Made by a program: the position numbers and the translations under genes | Notes under the pieces: generated by a model | The model's input: only the letters and a program-made list of their open reading frames with translations | Databases searched by the model: none | Told to the model about the DNA's origin: nothing | IMG/VR virus record: IMGVR_UViG_3300033146_004404 | Span: 64,001 to 128,000 of that record | DNA length: 64,000 nucleotides | Reading direction: 5' to 3' (one strand) | From: a virus | Lineage: Duplodnaviria; Heunggongvirae; Uroviricota; Caudoviricetes | Part shown: positions 1 to 10,437 of the stretch, piece after piece | Layout: each line of letters starts with the position of its first letter | Numbering within the stretch: position 1 is the first letter of the stretch

Positions 1-6
1 ACTGAT

Positions 7-828
7 ATGAAAGATCTTCTTTTTGAGATCAACAAAAGAAGAGAAGGAAGGAACTTCAAATACAGAGAAGATGCTCCTGTTATTGGGTTCGACTTTCAAG
101 AGATTGAAAACGAAACTATTAAGTTTTTGATGAACGAAGATTTTCGAACATACTGCACAGAACATTACATAAAGCTTAAAAGAGGAATAATGCTTCAAGG
201 AAAGCCTGGAACTGGTAAGACTCTTACTCTTCAGTGGCTAAGAAGACAAGCTGAAAAAGCAGGTATTCAATACAGACAATTCAAGTCAGTAAAAGAACTT
301 ACTGAGTCAGTAGATGAATACTACGGAGAGGGAAAGAAGATCTTTGTATTCGAAGACTTCGATGCTGCACTCTCAGAAAGAAACGATGGAAATAAAACCC
401 CAAATCAGATTCTTTCTCTTGTTCTAAACTTGCTTGAAGGAGTAGAAGAAATTAATGACGTTGTCTCTGTATTTACTACAAATAACATTGACGTATTCGA
501 CTCAGCTTTCATAAGGCCAGGAAGGATCGATAAAGTTTTTGATTATAACCTACCTAAAAGAGAAGATTATATGAACTTCTTCAATGCTTACATTAAAGCT
601 GAAGAAAAACATTTTGAATCAATGGCTGATAAGCTTGAGCATTTAAGTGTTGATGTTTCGTATGCAACACTAAAGGGAATTTGTGACGATATTAATATCT
701 TTAAATTCTCTACTCGTGAAGCTTCAACCTATATTAATATAGAAATCATTTATAATATCATAGATGAGAAAATTTCAGGAGCTAACAAAAGAAGCTCAGT
801 TGGAACTACAAGCAGTTACATACTGTAA
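7..828 (+). CDS. AAA+ family ATPase (may be 5'-truncated by window edge)
   Basis: Walker A GKPGTGKT, Walker B VFEDFD, sensor TTN and SRH-like RPGRID. Confidence 0.85.
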   Translation: MKDLLFEINKRREGRNFKYREDAPVIGFDFQEIENETIKFLMNEDFRTYCTEHYIKLKRGIMLQGKPGTGKTLTLQWLRRQAEKAGIQYRQFKSVKELTESVDEYYGEGKKIFVFEDFDAALSERNDGNKTPNQILSLVLNLLEGVEEINDVVSVFTTNNIDVFDSAFIRPGRIDKVFDYNLPKREDYMNFFNAYIKAEEKHFESMADKLEHLSVDVSYATLKGICDDINIFKFSTREASTYINIEIIYNIIDEKISGANKRSSVGTTSSYIL

Positions 829-843
829 AGATAAGGAGAAGAA

Positions 844-1269
844 ATGTTTAAAAACGAAAGACCTAAATTTTACACATCAAAGATTGGAACTGATGATTTA
901 GACTTCTATCAGAATAATGAAGTAATAAAACTTTTCACATCAAAGCATAAGTATTTTGAATATGTTTATATTCCGGAAGGATATAATGTTGCCTTTGTAT
1001 TGATTCATGAGAGCATGAAAGATTCTTTTGAAGATATGTGGAAGATTGAATTCTTCAAGAAAGCAATGAATAACTCTGGAACTATTACCCTCGACAACAT
1101 TGAAGAATTCAATGAGAGTGATAAAGAGTATGAAATTTATAAATCTTTTGATGGGTCTTTCGAAGACGTGATTAATGTTTCATGTGATATCATATCGAAA
1201 CACAAATTAAACATACTTGAGGAAGGATCAAGTGGAAATTCAGCCAGTGAAACAGGAAATGCTCTTTAA
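844..1269 (+). CDS. hypothetical protein
   Basis: 141-aa ORF with AAGGAG RBS; no recognisable motif. Confidence 0.7.
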   Translation: MFKNERPKFYTSKIGTDDLDFYQNNEVIKLFTSKHKYFEYVYIPEGYNVAFVLIHESMKDSFEDMWKIEFFKKAMNNSGTITLDNIEEFNESDKEYEIYKSFDGSFEDVINVSCDIISKHKLNILEEGSSGNSASETGNAL

Positions 1270-1411
1270 AAAAATACAACTCTTCTTTTTAGAAGGGATT
1301 CTAAATGAATGTAACGATAAAAGTAAAACAGACAACGAAAAGCTCTTAGGGTATATTAACAAGTACTCTAAGAGCTTTCGTGATTTATGGATAGAGAACG
1401 AAGATTATTAA
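1259..1411 (+). CDS. small hypothetical protein
   Basis: ATG at 1259 with AGGA upstream, overlapping previous stop; ORF track starts it at 1217. Confidence 0.45.
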   Translation: MLFKKIQLFFLEGILNECNDKSKTDNEKLLGYINKYSKSFRDLWIENEDY

Positions 1412-1430
1412 AGCCTTGACATTTTATAAT

Positions 1431-1462
1431 AAAAAAAGCCTGTCTAATTAAAGACAGGCTTT
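1431..1462 (-). terminator. Rho-independent terminator after major capsid gene (probably bidirectional)
   Basis: 11-bp inverted repeat AAAGCCTGTCT/AGACAGGCTTT, 6-nt loop, 7-U tract on minus strand, between convergent genes. Confidence 0.85.
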
Positions 1463-1487
1463 ACTATTTTATATTACTATTTTACTA

Positions 1488-3026
1488 TTAAGCAAGTAAA
1501 CCAACAACATTAATTTTAGCGTAGTACCATTCTCCTCTAACAACTTTTGTAACTGCGTATCGAGAGAAGAACCCTCTAATACTGTTAAAGTTATCAGGAT
1601 GTGTTACAGTATTACTCATCCAATTAGTGAATGGTGAGTAAACTACACCAGCACCGTATGCTGAACTATTTGATTTGTAACCCATAAGAATTTCGCTGCT
1701 TGAATTATTAGGATCAACAAGGATCTTAATATTTCCAGCAAGAACACCAGCGGTTGAAATATTCATGCTATTTGAAGAAGCAATTTCACCCTTAAAGTTA
1801 GGAAGCATTGCAAGAACTGAAGCAATCTGTGGTGAAACCACTGCCCAGTTAGCTGCGCCCTGTCTGTTGTACTGAGCGATTTTCGCAGAGCACATTGAAA
1901 TTTTCTGTGAAAGAGCTCTATGTCTATCAAGATAGTTTCCAGAAGTGTTGTTTCCACCAGCTCCTGCACCTGTACCAATAGCGTCATCACTCCAATCATG
2001 AGTAAATGAAAGTTCTGTAGGAACAATGTCACTAATATAAGTAAGTAGTTCTCTATCTACTTCGTAGTTCATTTCCATAGATGCAACTTTTACAAGTTCG
2101 CCCTCTACGTCAATTTTATGAAAAGCTTTCATGTCCTGTTCGGATTCTTTAGTCCATCTGATTTTAAGCTTTCTTTCAGTTGTATCAACAGTCTGACTAT
2201 TGATTGAGAATTCCATTTCAGGAATCTTACTTGATCCTTCCTGATCATATACTAAGTATATAGTAAGAACATCACCAACGCCCCAAGGAACAACAGGATC
2301 TAATGTATCAGTTGCAGTTTCTACTGACTTAAGATAAATAAGACCATTTGTAGAGTTATAACCAACGTTTGAACCAGTTACGCCAAAATCAGGAACGCCT
2401 TCTGCTACATCATCAAGTATAGTTGCGTATCTTATACCAGCTGCAGAATAAACTTCAATTCTTTTAATTGTGAATTGTGAAACATCAGCTCCAAAGAATG
2501 CCTGAGCATTTGAATCAACAGTATCATTAGTGTCATCAGTATCATTTGTAGTTACTGTAAATGGACCTACTCTTTCACTTGAATAGAACATTGCAAATCC
2601 AGGTGATCCCTGAGTTACATTTCCAGTATATTCATCACCTGAAGTGATATTACCTTTTGAGTCAGAGAAGTTATAAGCGATGTTATAAATAACACCAGTT
2701 CTAGCAGCTATTGGCTGAACTGAAACTATCTGATTTGCGATAAGAGAAGGCATTACTCTTCTAATTACAGGGAAAAGAACTTTTGGAATTACACTTGTTC
2801 CAACAGCTGATTGTGTCATTGGCGCTTCATTAAGCTCATCTTCATTAAGAAGTGATTCTAACCAACCCTCTCCAAGCTGACCCTCTTGAATCATTGATTC
2901 ATAAGAATTCTGTAGCACTAAGCTAGTATTAATTGCATCTTCACCTTCAAGACCTTCAGTCAACCAGTTCCAGTTATTCTGTACAGTTGCTGCTTCCTGA
3001 AGACGAGCATCTTTATTTAAATACAT
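1488..3026 (-). CDS. gp23: major capsid protein, T4 gp23-like
   Basis: VIRRVMPSLIA, RKLKIRWTKESEQDM, EMNYEVDRELL, GVVYSPF, RYAV motifs; lies downstream of protease/scaffold/portal. Confidence 0.93.
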   Translation of the reverse strand: MYLNKDARLQEAATVQNNWNWLTEGLEGEDAINTSLVLQNSYESMIQEGQLGEGWLESLLNEDELNEAPMTQSAVGTSVIPKVLFPVIRRVMPSLIANQIVSVQPIAARTGVIYNIAYNFSDSKGNITSGDEYTGNVTQGSPGFAMFYSSERVGPFTVTTNDTDDTNDTVDSNAQAFFGADVSQFTIKRIEVYSAAGIRYATILDDVAEGVPDFGVTGSNVGYNSTNGLIYLKSVETATDTLDPVVPWGVGDVLTIYLVYDQEGSSKIPEMEFSINSQTVDTTERKLKIRWTKESEQDMKAFHKIDVEGELVKVASMEMNYEVDRELLTYISDIVPTELSFTHDWSDDAIGTGAGAGGNNTSGNYLDRHRALSQKISMCSAKIAQYNRQGAANWAVVSPQIASVLAMLPNFKGEIASSNSMNISTAGVLAGNIKILVDPNNSSSEILMGYKSNSSAYGAGVVYSPFTNWMSNTVTHPDNFNSIRGFFSRYAVTKVVRGEWYYAKINVVGLLA

Positions 3027-3095
3027 ATATGTCCTCCATTTTAATTTATTATCTAATATTTACCTTAACAATATGCGTAAAATTATACTTTAATT

Positions 3096-3914
3096 TTACT
3101 TTGCAGAAAGATCTATCATTTCTGTAAGTAGACTGTTTACTATATTAGCTCTTTCTTCTTCGTTTTCGTCGCCAATTTCATCTTCGTTTATATAAGAATC
3201 GTCGTCGTCATCAAAGTCATAATCTTCGTCTAGATCATCGTCATCAAAGTCATAATCTTCGTCTAGATCATCTTCTTCATCTTCTTCATCTTCATCATCT
3301 TCATCATCTTCATCATAGTCTTCATCTTCATCATAGTCTTCATCTTCATCTTCATCTTCATCTAAATCTTCGATGCTTTCGATAAGTGAATAGAATTGTT
3401 CAGTAACGTCTTCTGAGTCGCCTTCTTTAATCATTGCAATTAGAATGTTCTGAGTCTTTGGTGCATAAGGAGCAATTAGTTCAGCAAGTGTTTCAGCACC
3501 TTCTTCTAATTCCATTGCTTCCATCAGAAGTTCATTCTCTTCTTTAAGAGTTTTGATTTCTTCTGCATATACATTACCAAAATATTCTTCATTCAATGCT
3601 GGTGCGATAAGTTCTTTAACTTTTTCAAAAATCTGAATCTCAGGGTTTGAATCAATCATTTCAGTAAGAACTTCTGACCTTATTTCATTTCTCATCTCGT
3701 CAAGAGCTAAGATCATTTTCTGTGAATATTCTTCTTTTAAAACTTCCTGATATTCTAGGTTAGCTTCTTCAAGCTCTTCTATCTTTTCAGATTTTATAAT
3801 TTCAACTTCTTCTGTAAGATTTGCATATACTTCTTCTTTCCAAGTAGAAAGACTTTCTCTAAGCAATGCTTCATCTTCTTCATTAAGTTCCATATGAAGT
3901 ATTTCTTTAGCCAT
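3096..3914 (-). CDS. prohead core scaffolding protein, gp22-like
   Basis: Glu-rich coiled coil immediately upstream of MCP, long Asp/Glu tract near C-terminus. Confidence 0.7.
   Translation of the reverse strand: MAKEILHMELNEEDEALLRESLSTWKEEVYANLTEEVEIIKSEKIEELEEANLEYQEVLKEEYSQKMILALDEMRNEIRSEVLTEMIDSNPEIQIFEKVKELIAPALNEEYFGNVYAEEIKTLKEENELLMEAMELEEGAETLAELIAPYAPKTQNILIAMIKEGDSEDVTEQFYSLIESIEDLDEDEDEDEDYDEDEDYDEDDEDDEDEEDEEDDLDEDYDFDDDDLDEDYDFDDDDDSYINEDEIGDENEEERANIVNSLLTEMIDLSAK
3205..3270. repeat. 33-bp perfect tandem duplication in the acidic tail of the scaffold gene
   Basis: TCGTCATCAAAGTCATAATCTTCGTCTAGATCA x2 (encodes DLDEDYDFDDD twice). Confidence 0.9.
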
Positions 3915-3965
3915 TATTTTCCTCCAAATTATTTTTTCTTTAACTAATATTATCTTTCATTAATA

Positions 3966-4595
3966 TTAAAAACAACGTTTAATTATTAAATTCTTTAAGT
4001 CTTCAGCTGGGTTTTGATCAAAATCTTCTTTAATCATATTAGCAAAATCACTACCATCTAGTTTTATATCTATATTACTAGAAAGCATTTTATTTTGTAG
4101 CTGCTCAACCAGTTTCATTTTTTTAAGAGCTTTTTTTGCTTTAACTATGTTAGATTCAATTTTCTCTTTAAGCTCTTCCCACTCTTCATCTTCCATGCCT
4201 TTAGGTTTAGACTTGTCTCTGTCTATATCATCTTCAAATACATCAAGCAATGATTCAAAAATATCTGCAAAACCTTCCTGATTAAATGATCTAAAAAATC
4301 TAAAAGGAGATTTTATTTTTCCAGTCATGCTCTGTGCTAGCGATAACTTCTGTGCTTTTCTACCACGAGGTATATCTGCTCTATCAATAGCTAGTCCTGT
4401 TATGCTTACTATATAAGGTTCAGGAGCGAAATTAAAGTAGACATGTATTTTCGATCCAAGTCTATTCTTTTTCCATTTTGTTATAAGTCCAGTGTCTTTC
4501 CATTCTTTCATATTATCGCTGAAGACCTGCAAAGATCTTCCTGAAAGAATTGGAGATGTAATGGTATATAATACTGATTCATTCATTCTATTCAT
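3966..4595 (-). CDS. hypothetical head-module protein
   Basis: Likely start ATG 4595 (MNRMNE...) just after the protease stop with GGAG RBS; ORF track extends to 4718. Confidence 0.65.
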   Translation of the reverse strand: MNRMNESVLYTITSPILSGRSLQVFSDNMKEWKDTGLITKWKKNRLGSKIHVYFNFAPEPYIVSITGLAIDRADIPRGRKAQKLSLAQSMTGKIKSPFRFFRSFNQEGFADIFESLLDVFEDDIDRDKSKPKGMEDEEWEELKEKIESNIVKAKKALKKMKLVEQLQNKMLSSNIDIKLDGSDFANMIKEDFDQNPAEDLKNLIIKRCF

Positions 4596-4596
4596 A

Positions 4597-5199
4597 TTAA
4601 ACTCCAAATGCGTCACTCCAAACTCGCTCAAAGCTTGAAGTTCCGCCGACATATTTATTACTATAAATATCTTCAGCCATGAAGTCTGGTCTACCAAATT
4701 CTCCAGCTGAAGGATCAAAAACTACATCTATAGCTTTCATTTTAAAGCCTTGCTGAACTTCAACAAGTCCTTCTCCTAGAGGACCACGGTAAGGTCTAAC
4801 TTCACCAAGTCCTCTAGTTGATACTCCCAATCTAACTCCACCATCAATTAATTTTTTAAGTGTTCGTCCTTCATCCGTGTCTAAAACAACCATCTCAGCT
4901 AAAACAGCCCCGTCAGGAGCCATTTTTAACTTAGTTATTTTATGGGATATTTTATTAACATTAATTTTAGGTGTAGGTGGGTGATCAAGTTCTCCAACAA
5001 ATCCACCGGCTATAACATCTTCTTGTAATTCTTCAATTACACTTTCCATTAAACCTTTTGGATAAATTCGTCTATTCTTATTCTTAATCCCAGCCCGTGA
5101 TACAATACCTCTAATGAAATAATCTTTTGCTTCTTTCGTAGCTTCCATTAGATGATAGTCGAAAGTATCATGGTCTTCTAAATATATTAATTGTCCCAT
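4597..5199 (-). CDS. gp21: prohead core protease, T4 gp21-like
   Basis: NKNRRIYP, GELDHP (His), GVSTRGLG (Ser), DVVFDPSA. Confidence 0.92.
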   Translation of the reverse strand: MGQLIYLEDHDTFDYHLMEATKEAKDYFIRGIVSRAGIKNKNRRIYPKGLMESVIEELQEDVIAGGFVGELDHPPTPKINVNKISHKITKLKMAPDGAVLAEMVVLDTDEGRTLKKLIDGGVRLGVSTRGLGEVRPYRGPLGEGLVEVQQGFKMKAIDVVFDPSAGEFGRPDFMAEDIYSNKYVGGTSSFERVWSDAFGV

Positions 5200-5209
5200 A
5201 ATACTCTCC

Positions 5210-5974
5210 TTATATCTGTTTGAATTTTATCGAAGCTGCTTTTTTCTTTACTGAATCTTTCCAGTTTTTAGCTCTTATTTTTGTATCTAAAATTCTTTTT
5301 TTAACATAAGTTTTTCTAAAGCCTGTTTGACTTTTTCTTTTACTTGTTTCTTTTTTGAATCTTTTTTTCTCGATACCTTCTCTTCCTGCTTGATAAATCT
5401 CTTTTTCTTTATTTTCTTTAATGCCTTTTTTCAATGCAGCAACTGAAACTTTTAAGCTGTGAATTTCTTTTTTAAGTTTTTCTACTTCAATTTCTTTTCT
5501 TTTAGTATCTCTAAGGATATCAGCTTTTTTTTCACTTGCTTTGAACTTTCTTTCGCCGGCATATTCTCTATTTATTTTTGCAGTAGAAATTTTTCTTTCT
5601 TTTTCGGCAGCTTTTATGAACGACTTAAATTGAACTCTAATAGAATCTAACCCTTCAGGTTCGCCAGTTCTTTTTACTTCCTCGATTTTTGAAAGGATTT
5701 TTCCCTTCATTTTTTTCAACTTCTGATAGTAAGGATGCCCTCTTTCTAAATTTCTAAATCTAGCATCGACTCTATCTTTTAAGTTGTTAAGTTCTTTTAT
5801 TACGCTCTTACTAATTTTTATTTGTTTCTTTATGTTTTTATTAGCTTTATTTAATGAGATAATTTCATTAATTAATGAAATTTCTTCTACTAAGCTATCA
5901 ACATATTCACATTCAAAAGTGATAAGATCTTCAGTGATATTTTCGTTATCTTCTTTTAGGTAAGACATATTCAT
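5210..5974 (-). CDS. basic coiled-coil hypothetical protein (head module)
   Basis: 254-aa Lys-rich ORF between portal and protease, RBS AGGAG. Confidence 0.7.
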   Translation of the reverse strand: MNMSYLKEDNENITEDLITFECEYVDSLVEEISLINEIISLNKANKNIKKQIKISKSVIKELNNLKDRVDARFRNLERGHPYYQKLKKMKGKILSKIEEVKRTGEPEGLDSIRVQFKSFIKAAEKERKISTAKINREYAGERKFKASEKKADILRDTKRKEIEVEKLKKEIHSLKVSVAALKKGIKENKEKEIYQAGREGIEKKRFKKETSKRKSQTGFRKTYVKKRILDTKIRAKNWKDSVKKKAASIKFKQI

Positions 5975-5984
5975 TGCTATCTCC

Positions 5985-7133
5985 TTAAAGCCCTAAGATG
6001 TAAATTGCTTCTTTTATAAGATCAGGTCTTGTGCCTTCATTAACGCTTCCGTCAAGTTTTCCTATAATTCCGTCAAGTTTTTCTTTTAGTTTTTCATCTT
6101 CAACTTTCTCAGCAACTTTTTTAAGTTCGTCAGAAAGTTTTGAAATTTGTTCAGGTGAAAGCTCAGGAGCAGGTTTTTTCTCTTCCTTCTCTTCGCCTTT
6201 TTCTTCGCCTTTTTCTTCAGCAGGAGCTTCGTCTTCCATGCTGTCTTCAGCTTCTGACAAGTAAAGTTCTCTTACGTTTTCAATATCTTGATCTTCAAAA
6301 AGCATTTCAAGACCTTTCTGTAGGTCAGCTCTTTCTTCTCTAAGAAGTTTATTAGCTATGATAGATTTTCCAAAAAGAGTTTTTCTATCAGCTGCATCTA
6401 AGAAGAATACTTGTGGGTAATCTTCAAGCAATGAAATGAATTCATCTTTACCAGCTTCAAAATCTTCTACGAAAGTTAAGGAAGCTTCTTCAAATCTTTC
6501 TTTGAAATCTTCTCTTTTCCATATATCATGAGCTTTTGAAGCTGTAGTAGAGTTTACAAGTTTTAATTTTTCGCTCTCAAGAAGAGAAACAATAACAGCA
6601 TCTTTGAAATTAATAAACTTAACTTCATTAACTGGATGTGTTTCAAGTCTTTCGGAATAATCAGCAAAGAATTTTTCGTTTTTAATCGCTAATCCTTCTG
6701 TAAGTTCTCTAACCTCTGAATAATCTACAAGATCATCAAAGTTTTTAGTTGCAAGTGCTTCATTAATAAGTTCATTCATAAACTTTTCCTGACCTAGCAC
6801 ATCTTCTCTATAGGCTTCTGTTAGTTCTTCTGATGAAGCGTCTTCATCTTCAAAGAAACTTTCTACAACTTTTTTGAATCCAGACTCTTCTTTTTCAAGA
6901 AAGATCTCTTCAAAATTTTCAACCTTAAGAGTTAAAGTTGTTGGGTTGAAATCATAATCTGCTGTATAAAAATCTCCAGAATCATGATCTAATAAAATTA
7001 CACTATCTTCAAACATGTTTACTAACACTGCATTTGAAGATTCGTTTATGATAGAAGATATAATTTTTTCCATACTTCTGTTTGAATACAGATTCATATC
7101 CTCGAATTCCCTTAATGACATTTCTAAAGCCAT
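5985..7133 (-). CDS. acidic prohead core-like protein
   Basis: 382-aa Glu-rich ORF with GGAGG RBS between portal and protease; function from position only. Confidence 0.6.
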   Translation of the reverse strand: MALEMSLREFEDMNLYSNRSMEKIISSIINESSNAVLVNMFEDSVILLDHDSGDFYTADYDFNPTTLTLKVENFEEIFLEKEESGFKKVVESFFEDEDASSEELTEAYREDVLGQEKFMNELINEALATKNFDDLVDYSEVRELTEGLAIKNEKFFADYSERLETHPVNEVKFINFKDAVIVSLLESEKLKLVNSTTASKAHDIWKREDFKERFEEASLTFVEDFEAGKDEFISLLEDYPQVFFLDAADRKTLFGKSIIANKLLREERADLQKGLEMLFEDQDIENVRELYLSEAEDSMEDEAPAEEKGEEKGEEKEEKKPAPELSPEQISKLSDELKKVAEKVEDEKLKEKLDGIIGKLDGSVNEGTRPDLIKEAIYILGL

Positions 7134-7155
7134 GTATTTGCCTCCATTTTTTTAT

Positions 7156-7590
7156 CTAAATATATTTACTTATTCCTCTATAAACACGTTTGATCGTTCC
7201 ATCAAAAATGTCGTGAAGTGAAATACTTATATACCTTATTTCATCTTTATTATAGTATTTTTTTTGAATCTCTTCAGTAATGGATCTGTTTATACATTTA
7301 GCAGTATAACCGTCCGTTTCAATCACTTCTAAGAAATCCCCTCTTGTATTATCTTTCGAAAACTCTAAAAACGGACTGTTATCTTTCTCAAATTGCCTTT
7401 TAGACTTCTGTGAGCAAGAAAGAGGAATTGTAAGCTTTCTGCCTTCAAAAATATAGTGCTTATCTTCATTGATAATTTTATCAGTAGGGTAAATGCTCTT
7501 TAGAGTTTCAAAGAATGTTCCTGTTTCGAGTTTAGGTGTCTGCTCCTTCAGTTCCTCTAAAAGAGCTCCTAGTGTATATAATTTACTCAT
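7156..7590 (-). CDS. hypothetical protein
   Basis: 144-aa ORF overlapping portal stop. Confidence 0.65.
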   Translation of the reverse strand: MSKLYTLGALLEELKEQTPKLETGTFFETLKSIYPTDKIINEDKHYIFEGRKLTIPLSCSQKSKRQFEKDNSPFLEFSKDNTRGDFLEVIETDGYTAKCINRSITEEIQKKYYNKDEIRYISISLHDIFDGTIKRVYRGISKYI

Positions 7591-9496
7591 TTATAGCTTT
7601 AACTCCACAGCTTACAACAATTTCCTCAAGAGACTTAACGGTTCCCGTTTCGTCCTTGTCCCAAAAACTAACCTCTCGCCTAGTAAGATCTAAGCCCTTA
7701 AATTCATTTATTGTCAATAGAGCAGTAACGTTGTTTTTTATAATATGCTTCTTGTCCCTAAAGTCTTCAATTACAAAATCTGATATAGCTTCCATTAATG
7801 GAATCGGAGTAGGTGGCTTATTAAATTTCTTCACTGCTTTAACCACAGTGAAGAAATCTTCTTTATTTTCAAGCAAGAAGTCTTTTCCAAACATATCAAC
7901 GATAGTTCCAGCTGTTAATTCTTGAGGTTCCGCTGCTGGAGTTTCGCCCTCAGTAGGAGGTGCGGCGACAGGCGCTTCAGGGGCGCCAGCGCCCATATCA
8001 GGAACTCCACCGGCCATATCCATTCCGCCATCCATTCCGCCAGCCATTCCGCCAGCTTGAGCTTCATTTCCTTGTAGTGATTTCTGTAATGTTAAATCAG
8101 CAACTTCTTTATCAGACATCTTGAATATATTCTTTAATATCCACTCATTATTAAAAATGTTGGTTGCTTGAATAGATTGAACTAATGTCATTCTTTGATT
8201 TATCAACTCTATTTCTGTTATCTCTTTCACGTTTGAAGGAGGAGTAAGCTCAATTTTAAAATTATTTAGATCTTCCTTCTTGTATCCAGTAAAGAAAAGT
8301 TCTATAGCCGCAATTTTATTAAGGCCTTGATTGATTTGTGCCTGCATTCTTTCAATGAACCTACCAAACTTCTGGTCAATAGTTGAAAGGTTTCTTGTAA
8401 GATCAGCTTGTTCTCCCATGTAAGAAGGTGGAATATTCATCGTCTTTAATATCTTACTTTTGAAGTAAGAAAGTAATGGATCTTCTGAACCACTAGCTCC
8501 CATTGACTGACCACCCTGAAGGGTTTCAATTCTTGTATTACTTGATCCTTCTTTTACAGGAACAAAGATATCAGATGTAATTGACATTACATTTGCTTTC
8601 TTATTAATGTTTCCGTTCTCATCTATAAAAGATTGTGATCTATAAGCATTCTTCATCTTAGTTAAGAATCTTCTTGACTCTACTGCATTCATATTACCAA
8701 CATCAATATAGAATACTCTTCTTTCCGGAGCTCTACTGATTCTGTAAACAAGCATTAAATCTTCTAGCATAACAAGCCGTCTATAAGTTCTAACACCAGC
8801 TTCTAATAAACTTCCACCATATGGCAAGAACGCTTTATTATCTACTTTAAAGTGAATTATCTGCCAAGGAAATAGTTTATACTCAAGAGTTTCCTTGATT
8901 TTATTTCCTTCTTTCTTTTCTACTTTATATGTAAAATGAGAAAGCTTTCCGTCTTTCTCAATTCGCTCCATCTTATCTGGTTCGAGATATCTTATTCTTT
9001 TTATCTCTTTTGGTTTCTTATAATCATCTGGAATAACTTCATAAAAGTTATCTCCCATCTTCACAGTCTCATAGAATATAGACCATAGCTCATTATTTAT
9101 GTTTAGCTTATTAGTAAATAAATCAAGAATAGTTCCTTTTATCTTTTCATCATCTGAGAAAACCTTTAGAACATCTCCATCTTCATTTTCCTGTGAACTG
9201 TCGTCAGCAATAATTTCAATTCCTCTATGAATGAATTCCATTCCATCCATTTCTCTATATACAGAATATCTATCCTTTCTACTGTTTGCTGTTCCATCAC
9301 CACCATAACCATTCTCGTCAAAGAATATATTCATATCGGATGAATCAAATGTATTTTCATCCGTTAGATTTATTTTTTTTGGATCAATATCTGTCTTTAG
9401 ATCTTGTGAGAGTTCTGGTATAGCATTTATATTAGTCTGTATACTTCTTGAAGATCTCTCATCAGAGAAGACCTCTATTCCATCTATAAGTGGCAT
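7583..9496 (-). CDS. gp20: portal protein, T4 gp20-like
   Basis: YRRLVMLEDLMLVYRISRAPERRVFYIDVGNM, IETLQGG, YFKSKILKTMNIP. Confidence 0.95.
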   Translation of the reverse strand: MPLIDGIEVFSDERSSRSIQTNINAIPELSQDLKTDIDPKKINLTDENTFDSSDMNIFFDENGYGGDGTANSRKDRYSVYREMDGMEFIHRGIEIIADDSSQENEDGDVLKVFSDDEKIKGTILDLFTNKLNINNELWSIFYETVKMGDNFYEVIPDDYKKPKEIKRIRYLEPDKMERIEKDGKLSHFTYKVEKKEGNKIKETLEYKLFPWQIIHFKVDNKAFLPYGGSLLEAGVRTYRRLVMLEDLMLVYRISRAPERRVFYIDVGNMNAVESRRFLTKMKNAYRSQSFIDENGNINKKANVMSITSDIFVPVKEGSSNTRIETLQGGQSMGASGSEDPLLSYFKSKILKTMNIPPSYMGEQADLTRNLSTIDQKFGRFIERMQAQINQGLNKIAAIELFFTGYKKEDLNNFKIELTPPSNVKEITEIELINQRMTLVQSIQATNIFNNEWILKNIFKMSDKEVADLTLQKSLQGNEAQAGGMAGGMDGGMDMAGGVPDMGAGAPEAPVAAPPTEGETPAAEPQELTAGTIVDMFGKDFLLENKEDFFTVVKAVKKFNKPPTPIPLMEAISDFVIEDFRDKKHIIKNNVTALLTINEFKGLDLTRREVSFWDKDETGTVKSLEEIVVSCGVKAINE

Positions 9497-9511
9497 ATAT
9501 TAACTCCTGTC

Positions 9512-10009
9512 TTATTGTGCTTTGTATTTATTATATAAGTACTCAGAAAATGGTTCACCTGTCAATTCTTCTGCTCTTTTACGTTTTACATCATCCATTA
9601 CTATTCTAAGGTTCTTATCTTTCATTGCCATCTCTTGAAATTTAGATACAGGAAAGGTTTTACCATTATATTTTAACAATGTAACTCCTGCAGAATTTTT
9701 AAGTGCAGTCAACCCATTTGATTGCTTAACAGGAGGTGCGGCGACAGGCTTTTGTTTATTATTTTGTTGAACTGTCATAGGCTGAAGTTTCTTCTGTTCT
9801 GCCTGAACTCCATTAGCTTTATCGCCTATTTTATTCGCAGCTTTATCTGCCTCTCCAGTTCTATTAACTATTCTGCCTATATTAGAAGCAGCAGACTTAA
9901 TAGAGCTTTTTGCTTTTTGCATCTTACTAGCTGCCATTACTGCATTCGCATCTGTTCTTCCAGCTAGTCTTTCTTTTAGTTTCTGAGTGTTTTTGTTTTC
10001 ATATCTCAT
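9512..10009 (-). CDS. hypothetical protein
   Basis: 165-aa basic ORF, ATGA-coupled to upstream gene. Confidence 0.65.
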   Translation of the reverse strand: MRYENKNTQKLKERLAGRTDANAVMAASKMQKAKSSIKSAASNIGRIVNRTGEADKAANKIGDKANGVQAEQKKLQPMTVQQNNKQKPVAAPPVKQSNGLTALKNSAGVTLLKYNGKTFPVSKFQEMAMKDKNLRIVMDDVKRKRAEELTGEPFSEYLYNKYKAQ

Positions 10010-10437
10010 TTTGTCTTCTCTCTAAAATAAATTACTGTCCCATCTTCATCATGAATTATATCATAGCCCATAAATTCGATCCAGTTTCTGTATTGAAAAT
10101 GCATTTTTATATTATCATAATCATAGTATATAATACTAGGATAATGTATACCTACATAAGTTTTCCCTATATGTTCTATCGTCCTAAAGACGCTTCTAAC
10201 ATTAGGGTTGCCTCCACGTATTTCTACGTCCCAGTCGAATCCTATAATATCAACTACATTATAATCACTAATTATATTATAAGTCTCAAAGTTTTTTTCT
10301 TCTGCGCTTAATAATAAGAATTCATCTAATGTAAATTCAACTAAGTCTAATATAACTGAATTATCGTTTCCGTCTTCGAACTTATATTGCCGACCAAAAT
10401 CTTCTTCTGTCTCTTTATATTCTAATAACCCTTTCAT
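10006..10437 (-). CDS. hypothetical protein
   Basis: 143-aa ORF, ATGA-coupled to terminase. Confidence 0.65.
   Translation of the reverse strand: MKGLLEYKETEEDFGRQYKFEDGNDNSVILDLVEFTLDEFLLLSAEEKNFETYNIISDYNVVDIIGFDWDVEIRGGNPNVRSVFRTIEHIGKTYVGIHYPSIIYYDYDNIKMHFQYRNWIEFMGYDIIHDEDGTVIYFREKTK

Noticed and set aside
825-834. Exact GTAAAGATAA copy before gene 844
   Set aside because: Only 9 nt from the ATG and overlapping the RBS and previous stop, unlike the 27-30-nt spacing of the other copies; not counted as a promoter
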